Assembly (NCBI GenBank): GCA_034382075.1
Contig: JAXMOZ010000004.1
Coordinates: 5,740 to 69,739, forward strand
Direction: 5' to 3'
DNA: 64,000 nucleotides
From: Rhodospirillales bacterium
GTDB taxonomy: Bacteria; Pseudomonadota; Alphaproteobacteria; Rhodospirillales; Defluviicoccaceae
The notes below the pieces were generated by a model that was not told the origin of the DNA, did no database searches, and was given only the letters and a program-made list of their open reading frames with translations. This document shows positions 45,958 to 53,755 of the stretch, piece by piece (positions within the stretch are counted from its first letter, which is position 1; each line of letters opens with the position of its first letter). The position numbers and the translations under genes are program-made.

Positions 45958-46542
45958 TCAATCCGGCGCGGGGATGCGGCCGACGAGTTGAAGGCCGCCG
46001 CCCCGGGTGTCCCGGACGACGACGATCTCGCCGGAGGCGGGCATGATCCCGGTGAGCGCGGTGATCACCACCTGATGGGTAACGAGGACGATGGCGCCGG
46101 TTTGCGGCTGGTCGGCGAGCCAGACGCGCAGCTCGGCCATCTGCGGGTCCTCACGGTCCGGTTCCGTAAAGAACGAGTTCAACGCCGGCAAGGCGATCAC
46201 CTCGCCGAGGCCCATCAGCCGCGCCGTCTCCAGGCAGCGGCACCACTGGCTGGAGTAGACGCCGTCGATCCGGATGCCGTGCCAGCGGAGGTTGGCGCCG
46301 ATGGCCTGGGCCTGCGCCCGGCCGGCGGGCGAGAGGTTGCGCTGGGTGGCGCAGTCGTCGAGCCGAAAGCTCGGCGGATCGCCCGTCCCGGGCGCGGTTG
46401 CGTGGCGCACCAAAGCCACGTGCCCGCCCTGGCGAAGCGCCGCCCAGGCCGCCTCGGCGTCTTGAGCGAAACCCGGCCGCGGCGCCAGCAGCAGAAGCAG
46501 CATCGGGATCATGATGGCGCGAAGGCGCGGGCGTGGACGCAT
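45958..46542 (-). CDS. Histidine phosphatase family protein (secreted)
   Basis: MRPRPRLRAIMIPMLLLLLAPRPGFA signal peptide, HVALVRHATAPGTGDP (RHA catalytic motif), ...LVTHQVVI. Only the C-terminal 194 aa of the track ORF. Confidence 0.8.
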   Translation of the reverse strand: MRPRPRLRAIMIPMLLLLLAPRPGFAQDAEAAWAALRQGGHVALVRHATAPGTGDPPSFRLDDCATQRNLSPAGRAQAQAIGANLRWHGIRIDGVYSSQWCRCLETARLMGLGEVIALPALNSFFTEPDREDPQMAELRVWLADQPQTGAIVLVTHQVVITALTGIMPASGEIVVVRDTRGGGLQLVGRIPAPD

Positions 46543-46631
46543 CGGTGGGGTCCGGCTGTGGGCAGGGTCCTGAGCCGGACATGGGGCCACGCGCCGCCGC
46601 CGGCCAACCCTGAGACGCTGGCTCCCAAGCG

Positions 46632-46648
46632 AGCATATATAGTATGCT
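46632..46648 (+). promoter_or_regulatory. Candidate ParD operator / promoter
   Basis: AGCATA-tatag-TATGCT inverted repeat containing a TATAGT -10-like hexamer, 31 nt upstream of the parD ATG. Confidence 0.35.
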
Positions 46649-46678
46649 GAAGTAATCTGATGATGACGGGACCGGTCC

Positions 46679-46936
46679 ATGCCCGAACGCATGACCATTA
46701 CCATGCCCACCGAGATGGCCGAGATCCTGCGGAAGGCCGTGGCCGGCGGCGAGTACGCCTCGGCCAGCGAGGTCGTCCGCGAAGCGCTGCGCGAGTGGAT
46801 GCGCAGCCGCGACAGCGACCGGCGCGATCTCGAAACCCTGCGGACGGCGATCCGGGCCGGGCTGGACAGCGGTCCCGCCATTCCCGCAGATCAGGTCTTC
46901 GCCGAACTTAGGGCACGCTACGCCGCTAAGGCCTAA
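46679..46936 (+). CDS. parD: Type II antitoxin, ParD (RHH/CopG) family
   Basis: MPERMTITMPTEMAEILRKAVAGGEYASASEVVREALREWMRSRDSD...LRTAIRAGLDSG: characteristic ParD-type antitoxin. Confidence 0.85.
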   Translation: MPERMTITMPTEMAEILRKAVAGGEYASASEVVREALREWMRSRDSDRRDLETLRTAIRAGLDSGPAIPADQVFAELRARYAAKA

Positions 46937-46938
46937 GC

Positions 46939-47098
46939 GTGAGGCGCATCGTCATCCTGCCCGCCGCCCGGCGGGACCTCATCGAGATCGGCGACTTCAT
47001 CGCGCTCGACAACCCTAAGCGCGCCTTGGCCTTCGTCTCGGAGAGCTCTCCAAGCCGCCGGACTTGCGCCCGGTCCTGCCTGCGTTACAGTCGCCGGC
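46939..47098 (+). pseudogene. parE: Remnant of ParE toxin gene (only about 35 N-terminal codons recognisable)
   Basis: (V)RRIVILPAARRDLIEIGDFIALDNPKRALAFVSE is a ParE/RelE-type N-terminus. After about 47043 the frame turns into Ser/Arg-rich nonsense and runs out of frame into bluB. Confidence 0.5.
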
Positions 47099-47770
47099 GT
47101 GATGATGCCGCTGAGCGCGCCTCCTTCCAGCCCTTCGCCGCCCGCGTTCGACCGCGAGTTCCGCGATCAGCTCGAGGCGCTGTTTCGCTGGCGGCGCGAC
47201 GTCCGCCGCTTCCGCTCGGAGCCGCTGCCGGCCGGCTTAATGGACGGCCTGATCGCACTGGCGGCGCTGGCGCCGTCGGTCGGTAACAGCCAGCCGTGGC
47301 GGTTCGTCAAGGTGGACGATCCCGACCGCCGCGCCGCCATCCGCCGCAACTTTGCCCGCTGTAACCAGCAGGCGCTCTCGGCCTACGCCGAGGAGCGGGC
47401 CCGCCTTTATGCGACCCTGAAGCTCGCGGGGCTCGACGAGGCGCCGGCGCACCTGGCGGTGTTCGCCGACACCGAAACGGCGTTCGGTCACGGCCTCGGC
47501 CGGCAGACGATGCCGGAGACGCTGATCTATTCCGTCGTCGGCGCGATCCACGCGCTATGGCTGGCCGCCCGGGCGCACGGCATCGGCCTCGGCTGGGTCT
47601 CGATCCTCGATCCCGGCGAGGCCGCGTCGAGCTTGGCCGTGCCCGCCGACTGGAGCCTGGTCGCCTACCTGTGCCTCGGCTATCCGGTCGAGGAGCACAC
47701 CGATCCCGAACTCGACCGCCACGGCTGGCAGCGCCGGGTCGACGCCCGGCGCTTCATTCTCCAGCGCTGA
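47099..47770 (+). CDS. bluB: 5,6-dimethylbenzimidazole synthase (BluB, nitroreductase fold)
   Basis: LEALFRWRRDVRRFRSEPLP...LAPSVGNSQPWRFVKV...LKLAGLDEAPAHLAVFAD...LGRQTMPETLIYSVVGAIHALWLAARAHGIGLGWVSIL. Start at GTG 47099 or ATG 47102/47105. Confidence 0.85.
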   Translation: MMMPLSAPPSSPSPPAFDREFRDQLEALFRWRRDVRRFRSEPLPAGLMDGLIALAALAPSVGNSQPWRFVKVDDPDRRAAIRRNFARCNQQALSAYAEERARLYATLKLAGLDEAPAHLAVFADTETAFGHGLGRQTMPETLIYSVVGAIHALWLAARAHGIGLGWVSILDPGEAASSLAVPADWSLVAYLCLGYPVEEHTDPELDRHGWQRRVDARRFILQR

Positions 47771-47774
47771 AGCC

Positions 47775-48026
47775 TCAGTTCTGCTGCTCTTCGCCGAGCT
47801 GCATCACGCCGAGGGCGACGGCGATGCTGCCGAAGGTGAGGAACAACCCCGAAAAAAGCATCAGCAAAAACATGAGCTTGTCTGGGGAGGCGAAGATTAG
47901 GGTGGCGAGCTTGGCAAAGTCGAACCACAGCAGCAGGACGCCGAGGACCGAGGCGCCGACGGCGCCGCAGAAGAGGTGCTTGACGAGGTAGACGATGATG
48001 TCGCGCTGGGGCGGCGGAATGGACAT
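47775..48026 (-). CDS. Hypothetical small membrane protein (83 aa)
   Basis: MSIPPPQRDIIVYLVKHLFCGAVGASVLGVLLLWFDFAKLATLIFASPDKLMFLLMLFSGLFLTFGSIAVALGVMQLGEEQQN: three hydrophobic segments in a lower-GC stretch. Only the C-terminal part of track ORF 47775..48302. Confidence 0.5.
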   Translation of the reverse strand: MSIPPPQRDIIVYLVKHLFCGAVGASVLGVLLLWFDFAKLATLIFASPDKLMFLLMLFSGLFLTFGSIAVALGVMQLGEEQQN

Positions 48027-48165
48027 GTCGGAATGCTCTTTTGGTGAGACGCTCTGGAACACATCATATGATAATGCGAACTCGCAAGGTGATTCATTGT
48101 ACCCAAATGGGTAAGCTCGCGCCAGAGGCTCGGCCGGCCGTTCCGATGGCCGGGAGCGCCGCTGC

Positions 48166-49593
48166 ATGAGCGAGCGAATTCGCACCGACGTGTGCGTCAT
48201 CGGCGCCGGGTCGGGCGGGCTTTCGGTCGCGGCGGCGGCCGTGCAGATGGGCGCCCGGGTCGTCCTCATCGAGAAGGCAAGGATGGGCGGCGACTGCCTC
48301 AACTACGGCTGCGTGCCGTCGAAGTCGCTCATCGCCGCCGGCCGCGCCGCCGAAACCATGCGCTCGGCCGGCCGGTACGGTGTTGCCAACGGCAACCCGC
48401 GGATCGACTTCGCTGCCATCCACGACCACGTCCACGGCGTCATCGCCGGCATTGCCCCGCACGACTCCCAGGAGCGGTTCGAAAGCCTCGGCGTCCGGGT
48501 GATCCGCGCCGCCGCCCGGTTCACCGGTCCGGCCGAGGTCGAGGCCGGGGACGTCACCGTCCGGGCCCGCCGGTTCGTGATCGCCACCGGCTCATCCCCT
48601 TCAGTCCCGCCCATCGAAGGCGTGGCCGAGGTCCCCTACCTCACCAACGAGACGATCTTCGGGCTGCGCGAGGCGCCGGAGCACCTGATCGTCGTCGGCG
48701 GCGGCCCGATCGGCACCGAGATGGCGCAGGCGCACCGCCGCCTGGGTGTTCGCGTCAGCCAGATCGCCCGCGGCCGGTTGCTGCCGAAGGACGACGGCGA
48801 ACTCGTCGACGTCGTCCGCCGCCGGTTGCTCGCCGAGGAGGTGGGGCTGATGGAAGATACCGCGATCAGCCGGGTCGAGGGCGACGGCGCCGGCATCCGC
48901 GTCGTCTTCGAGCGCGAAGGCAAGTTCGCGAGCGTCGCCGGCTCCCACCTTCTCATCGCCGCCGGCAGGACCGCGAACGTCGACGGTCTCGGCTTGGAGG
49001 CCGCAGGCGTCGCCTTCACCCAGCGCGGGGCCACCGTCGACGCCCGGCTGCGCACGACCAACAGGCGCGTCTTTGCCATAGGCGACGTCACCGGCCGGCA
49101 GCAGTTCACCCACATCGCCGGCTACCACGCCGGCGTCGTCATCCGCAACGTGCTGTTCCTGCTGCCGGCGAAGGTCGACGACGCCGCGGTGCCCTGGGTC
49201 ACCTACTCCGATCCCGAGCTCGCCCATGTCGGGCTGACGGAAGCCAACGCGCGGGAGCGCTTCGGCGCGGCGGTCACGGTGCTGCGCTGGCCATTCGCCG
49301 AGAACGACCGGGCGCGCACCGAGCGCGACACCGAGGGGCTGATCAAGGTGGTGCTGGGCCGCCGCGGCCGGATCCTCGGCGCCTCCATCGTCGGCGCCGG
49401 CGCCGGCGACCAGCTGGCGCTGTGGTGCCTGGCGGTGGCGCAGAGGATGAAGATCGGCGCCGTCGCCGGGTTGATCCTGCCGTATCCGACACGGGCCGAG
49501 GTCGGAAAGCGCGCCGCCGGCGACTACTACACGCCGAAGCTGTTCAGCGAGCGCACCCGGGCGCTGGTCCGGCTGCTGCAGAGGCTGCCCTGA
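48166..49593 (+). CDS. Class I pyridine nucleotide-disulfide oxidoreductase (dihydrolipoyl dehydrogenase / mercuric reductase-like)
   Basis: DVCVIGAGSGGLS (FAD), redox-active GGDCLNYGCVPSK, second Rossmann VVGGGPIGTEMA, C-terminal dimerisation domain. Confidence 0.88.
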   Translation: MSERIRTDVCVIGAGSGGLSVAAAAVQMGARVVLIEKARMGGDCLNYGCVPSKSLIAAGRAAETMRSAGRYGVANGNPRIDFAAIHDHVHGVIAGIAPHDSQERFESLGVRVIRAAARFTGPAEVEAGDVTVRARRFVIATGSSPSVPPIEGVAEVPYLTNETIFGLREAPEHLIVVGGGPIGTEMAQAHRRLGVRVSQIARGRLLPKDDGELVDVVRRRLLAEEVGLMEDTAISRVEGDGAGIRVVFEREGKFASVAGSHLLIAAGRTANVDGLGLEAAGVAFTQRGATVDARLRTTNRRVFAIGDVTGRQQFTHIAGYHAGVVIRNVLFLLPAKVDDAAVPWVTYSDPELAHVGLTEANARERFGAAVTVLRWPFAENDRARTERDTEGLIKVVLGRRGRILGASIVGAGAGDQLALWCLAVAQRMKIGAVAGLILPYPTRAEVGKRAAGDYYTPKLFSERTRALVRLLQRLP

Positions 49594-49644
49594 CCGGCCT
49601 CAGGCCCCCATATCCCCGGGCAGGCGATGCAGAGGACGGCGGTC

Positions 49645-50340
49645 ATGATCGAGCTCTATTACTGGACCACGCCCAACGGGCACAAGATCACCATCTTCCT
49701 CGAGGAGGCGGGCTTGCCCTACGTCCTCAAGCCGGTCGACATCGGCAAGGGCCAGCAGTTCGCGCCCGAGTTCCTGGCCATCTCGCCCAACAACCGGATC
49801 CCGGCGATCGTGGATCTGGATCCGGCGGACGGCGGCGGGCCGCTCTCGGTATTCGAGTCGGGCGCCATCCTCCAGTATCTCGCCGAGAAGACCGGCCGGT
49901 TCCTCCCGTCCGATCTCCGCGGCCGGGTGGAGGTGATGCAGTGGCTGTTCTGGCAAATGGGCGGGCTCGGGCCCATGGCCGGCCAAAACCACCACTTCAG
50001 CCAGTACGCATCCGAGAAGATCCCCTATGCCATCGAGCGCTACGTCAAGGAGACGGAGCGCCTCTACGGCGTCCTCGACGAGCGGCTGGAAGGCCGGACG
50101 TTCATCGCCGGCGACTACTCCATCGCCGACATGGCCTGCTACCCCTGGATCGTGCCCCACGAGAACCAGGGGCAGAGGCTCGAGGACTTCCCCAACCTCG
50201 CCCGCTGGTTCGCCGCGGTCCGCGAGCGGCCGGCGGTGGTGCGCGCCTACGAGCGGGCCAAGGAGGTCAGGACGGCCCCGGTCGTGGACGACGAGGCGAA
50301 GACGGTCCTGTTCGGCCAGGGACGGCGGCGAGCCACGTGA
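49645..50340 (+). CDS. yfcG: Nu-class glutathione S-transferase / disulfide reductase, YfcG-like
   Basis: MIELYYWTTPNGHKITIFLEEAGLPY...GKGQQFAPEFLAISPNNRIPAIVD...LSVFESGAILQYLAEKTG...WLFWQMGGLGPMAGQNHHF...IPYAIERY: almost collinear with E. coli YfcG as I remember it. Confidence 0.85.
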   Translation: MIELYYWTTPNGHKITIFLEEAGLPYVLKPVDIGKGQQFAPEFLAISPNNRIPAIVDLDPADGGGPLSVFESGAILQYLAEKTGRFLPSDLRGRVEVMQWLFWQMGGLGPMAGQNHHFSQYASEKIPYAIERYVKETERLYGVLDERLEGRTFIAGDYSIADMACYPWIVPHENQGQRLEDFPNLARWFAAVRERPAVVRAYERAKEVRTAPVVDDEAKTVLFGQGRRRAT

Positions 50341-50372
50341 GTGGCTCACGCTCGTAGTATTCGGAAGGCGGG

Positions 50373-50413
50373 AACGCATAGACGTGGATGACCGGAACAC
50401 GTCCGGTCATGAC
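50373..50413 (+). repeat. Half copy of repeat family B
   Basis: catagacgtggatgACCGGAacacgTCCGGTcatgacg: right-hand hairpin plus ATGACG terminus. Confidence 0.55.
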
Positions 50414-50489
50414 GATGAGAGGAGAAGATAAAGAGAAACTCACCGCTGCCGTCACTCAGAGCCGCGCGGATTGCTTGAAACTACAGCGT

Positions 50490-50823
50490 CGTCATGGCCG
50501 CACTCGTTGCGGCCATCCACGTTTTACCGCGTCCATGCCAAGCCAATCTTCGTGCATCCTCGTGACGAGCGCGAGGGCGACGGCCTGGGCGGTGGCCGTC
50601 CTCTACCCACCCGTCATCGCCGCACGCGTTGCGTCGATCCACGTCTTCGTGAGCGGACGTCTTCCAGCGGTTTCCCGTGACTCCCCGTGACGAGCGCGAG
50701 GATGACGGCCGGGGCGGTGGCCCTCCTCTACCCACCCGTCATCGCCGCACTCGTTGCGGCGATCCACGTGTTACCGCGTCCATGCCAGGCCGATCTGCGT
50801 GGATCCTCGTGACGAGCGCGAGG
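50490..50823 (+). repeat. Tandem array, three units of 122-125 bp (repeat family C)
   Basis: Units start at 50491, 50613 and 50738 (gtcatSgccgca-nnnn-tgcggcSatccacgt...cgtgacgagcgcgagg, plus a linker ...ggcggtggccStcctctacccaccc). Units 1 and 3 differ at 7 of 86 positions; unit 2 has a divergent middle. Confidence 0.85.
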
Positions 50824-50842
50824 TGACGACGGCGAGTTGTAT

Positions 50843-51601
50843 TCAGCCCGCCTCGTCCTCGATCGGCGTTTCGCCGACCGCGCGGATCAGCGCCTTGATC
50901 TCGTCGGCGACCGCATCGAGGCTTTCGCCGCTGGTGCCCCGCGCGACCAGGCTGACGCCGAACCGGCCGGAGCGGACGAAGGGGTAACTGCCGATCTCGA
51001 CGTCGCCGTGGGCGGCCTGGATCCGACCGAGGCCGGCGGCGATGGCGCCCTCGGTGGTGTAGGCGGCGATGGAGCGCGACAGCACCGGCTCGCCGCCGCG
51101 CAACCGCGGCCGGATGCCGTCGAACATTGCCCGCATGATCATTGGCACGCCGGGGAGGACGAAGACGTTGCCGATCTGGAAGCCCGGCGCGGTGCTCACC
51201 GGGTTGGCGATCAGGCTCGCGCCCTCCGGGATGTCCGCCATCTTCCGCCGCGCCTCGTTGAACTCGCCCGGCTGGTAATGCTGCTCCAGCGCCCGCATCG
51301 CCTGCGGATTGCGCTCGAGCGGAACGCCGAAGGCTTTGGCGATGCTGGCGGAGGTGATGTCGTCGTGGGTCGGGCCGATCCCGCCGGTGGTCAGCACATA
51401 GTCGAAGGCCTCGCGGCAGGCGTTCACCGTGGAGACGATGACGGCTTCGTCGTCGGGGATGATCCGCGCCTCTCGAACACGCACCCCAACCTCGTTCAAG
51501 GCCTTGGCGAGAAACGAAAGATTGGCGTCTACGGTGCGTCCCGAGAGCACCTCGTTGCCGATGATGATCACCGCCGCGGTGACGGCTGCAGGCTCCCCCA
51601 T
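50843..51601 (-). CDS. CinA-like / MoCF-biosynthesis (molybdopterin-binding) domain protein
   Basis: AAVIIIGNEVLSGRTVDANLSFLAKAL...VLTTGGIGPTHDDITSASIAKAFG... Confidence 0.85.
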   Translation of the reverse strand: MGEPAAVTAAVIIIGNEVLSGRTVDANLSFLAKALNEVGVRVREARIIPDDEAVIVSTVNACREAFDYVLTTGGIGPTHDDITSASIAKAFGVPLERNPQAMRALEQHYQPGEFNEARRKMADIPEGASLIANPVSTAPGFQIGNVFVLPGVPMIMRAMFDGIRPRLRGGEPVLSRSIAAYTTEGAIAAGLGRIQAAHGDVEIGSYPFVRSGRFGVSLVARGTSGESLDAVADEIKALIRAVGETPIEDEAG

Positions 51602-51839
51602 CGTCTACTTCTCCTTCCGATCGGCCACCCTTGTAAGATCTACTCGCATTCTTAGAAGTGCGAGGGAGGCAATGACACAGGCGCGTGTGCAAATGCCGCG
51701 GCGCTCGCCCTTGCGCCTTGACACTTACCCATAAGGGTTATATTCGGTCGAGCATCCGCTTCGGCCGGATCCTCTTCGCCCCCAACCACCGTAGCCGAAC
51801 GCCTCATCGCCTAGATCATCCACTACCAGGAGCGAGCGC

Positions 51840-53006
51840 ATGCGCGTTGCCATGTTCTCTGCGGAATCCTTGCACTCCAGTGTCGCCGGCGGCCTCGGCG
51901 TGCACGTCACCGAGTTGGCTGCCGGGCTCGAGCGCCGCGGCCACGACGTCCACGTCTTCACCGAGCGCGGCCAGGCCCAGAGCCACTACGACTGCATCCA
52001 CGGCGTGCACTACCACCGCGTCGACCATGGCTCGAGCCCCAACTGCGTCGAGACCGCCGACTCCATGTGCAAGGCCATGGCGCACCGCTTCCACGAGGTC
52101 ACCTCGATGATCGGCAAGTTCGAGCTGGCCCATGCCCACGACTGGTCCGCGGCCAACGCCATGAAGTACGTCATGGAGGGCTACGGTACGCCCGGCCTTT
52201 TGACCATGCATTCCACGGAATACGGGCGCTGCGGCAACGTCTTCTACGACGGCCACGCGCGTTGGATCCGCGACACCGAGGCCGCCGGCTGCCACAACGC
52301 CTCGACGGTGATTGCGGTGAGCCACTTCCTCGCCGACGAGCTTCGCTCCATCTACGGCGTCAACGACCACAAGATCCACATCCTGCCCAACGGCGTCAGC
52401 TACCACGCCTACGACGGCTTCGTCGATCCGGCGGCGGTGAAGGCCCGCTACCAGATCGCGCCGATGGACCCGACGGTTCTGGCCACCGCCCGGATGACGG
52501 CGCAAAAGGGCATGGACATGCTGGTCGAGGCGGTGCCGATGGTGCTCGCCTCATACCCCGCGACCAAGTTCATCTTCATCGGCAACGGCCCGGACAAGGA
52601 CTTCGTCGTCCGCCGCGCCCACGAGGTCGGCGTCGCGCATGCGGTCCGCTTCATCGGCGCGCCGCCCAAGCAGGAGTGCGTAGATCTCAAGCGCGCTGTC
52701 GACATCGTCGCCGTGCCGAGCCGCAACGAGCCCTTCGGCATCGTCGTCCTGGAGGCTTGGGCGGCGGGCAAGCCGGTGGTCGCGACCCGCGCCGGCGGCC
52801 CCCGCGAGTTCGTCTGGCACGACGTCAACGGCTTTCTGGTCGACGCCAACCCGGGCGGCTTGGCCCACGGTATCGGCTCGCTGCTCGCCGATCACGACCA
52901 CTGCCGGGCGCTGGGCGCCAACGGCCGCCGGGCGGTGGAGGCCTTCTTCCACTGGGACAACGTCGCCGCCTTCACCGAAGGCGTCTACACCGCGACCGTG
53001 CACTGA
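51840..53006 (+). CDS. Glycosyltransferase, GT4/GT5-like (glycogen-synthase-type fold)
   Basis: MRVAMFSAESLHSSVAGGLGVHVTELAAGLERRGHDVHVFT..., C-terminal VPSRNEPFGIVVLEAWAAGKPVVATRAGGPREFV (E-x7-E). Confidence 0.88.
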   Translation: MRVAMFSAESLHSSVAGGLGVHVTELAAGLERRGHDVHVFTERGQAQSHYDCIHGVHYHRVDHGSSPNCVETADSMCKAMAHRFHEVTSMIGKFELAHAHDWSAANAMKYVMEGYGTPGLLTMHSTEYGRCGNVFYDGHARWIRDTEAAGCHNASTVIAVSHFLADELRSIYGVNDHKIHILPNGVSYHAYDGFVDPAAVKARYQIAPMDPTVLATARMTAQKGMDMLVEAVPMVLASYPATKFIFIGNGPDKDFVVRRAHEVGVAHAVRFIGAPPKQECVDLKRAVDIVAVPSRNEPFGIVVLEAWAAGKPVVATRAGGPREFVWHDVNGFLVDANPGGLAHGIGSLLADHDHCRALGANGRRAVEAFFHWDNVAAFTEGVYTATVH

Positions 53007-53052
53007 GGCGTTCTGCTCACACGTGCGCCCAGCGTCGGAGCGCTACGCCCAT

Positions 53053-53123
53053 TCGTCATGGCCGGGCGCAAGTCCCGGCCATCCAGGTCTTCCCTGGACC
53101 CGCGGAAGAAGTCCGCGGGTGAC
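53053..53123 (-). repeat. Repeat family B, full copy in inverted orientation
   Basis: The reverse complement cgtcaCCCGCGGActtctTCCGCGGGtccagggaagacctggatgGCCGGGacttgcgCCCGGCcatgacg aligns end to end with 34764..34830 and 57500..57568. Confidence 0.8.
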
Positions 53124-53170
53124 GGGGGGGGTGACGGGGGAGGAGGCGGCACCGCAGAACCGGACCCTCT

Positions 53171-53240
53171 CCGTCAATGCCGCCCGTGTTGCGGCAATCC
53201 ACGTGGACCGGTGGAACACGCCGGTTCCGCGGGTCCTGGC
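53171..53240 (+). repeat. Solitary, diverged copy of repeat family C
   Basis: cgtcaatgccgcccgtgttgcggcaatccacgtgg... shares the first about 33 nt module (hairpin plus ATCCACGT) with the 50.5-kb array units. Confidence 0.6.
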
Positions 53241-53302
53241 GATGCCCGCCGCGGTCGCGCTCGATCGAACGCTGGCCAACGGACCTCCGGACGATACGCG
53301 CC

Positions 53303-53668
53303 TCAGCCGCGCTTGACCGGGCCGTGGTCGTCGCAGTGGTCCCCGTGCGGGTGGTGGAGGTGGTCGCCGACCAGATAATCGACGTGGTCGCCGTGCGGCA
53401 CCGCCTCATGGCCGCAGCCTGGGCCGTGCTCGTGGCCGGCGTCGTGACCCGCCTCGTCGCCGGAGCAGTCGTGCGCCGGCGTGCAATCCGCCGGGTTGGC
53501 GGCGTTCACCTCCAGCGCATGCTCGTCGACGTGGTCGCCATGGGGATGGTGCAGGTGGCCGTCATGCACGTAGTCCACGTGGTCGCCGTGGCGGATCGCG
53601 GTGTGGCCGCAGTCCTTGCCGTGGACGTGACCGTGGGATGAATGCTTGTCGTCGCCGCAGTCGCCCAT
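53303..53668 (-). CDS. Histidine-rich, internally duplicated putative metal-binding protein (121 aa)
   Basis: MGDCGDDKHSSHGHVHGKDCGHTAIRHGDHVDYVHDGHLHHPHGDHVDEH...PGCGHEAVPHGDHVDYLVGDHLHHPHGDHCDDHGPVKRG: 27 His and 6 Cys in 121 aa by my count. ATG 53668 has GGAGGAG 7 nt upstream. Confidence 0.75.
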   Translation of the reverse strand: MGDCGDDKHSSHGHVHGKDCGHTAIRHGDHVDYVHDGHLHHPHGDHVDEHALEVNAANPADCTPAHDCSGDEAGHDAGHEHGPGCGHEAVPHGDHVDYLVGDHLHHPHGDHCDDHGPVKRG

Positions 53669-53755
53669 CGTCTTCTCCTCCTCTCCCGCCTTGGTCATCC
53701 GCACATGGGAACGGGCGCCTGCCGCGTCCAATGGCCGACGGCCTTCGCCTCTTGC

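Noticed and set aside
50490-50823. Possible CRISPR array
   Set aside because: The units are contiguous 122-125-bp repeats with no unique spacers of CRISPR size. The repeats are far longer than CRISPR repeats, and there is no leader or cas gene nearby.
51718-51744. TTGACA ... TATATT promoter-like pair upstream of the GT4 gene
   Set aside because: Both hexamers are near consensus, but the spacer is only 15 nt by my count, so I do not list it as a feature.
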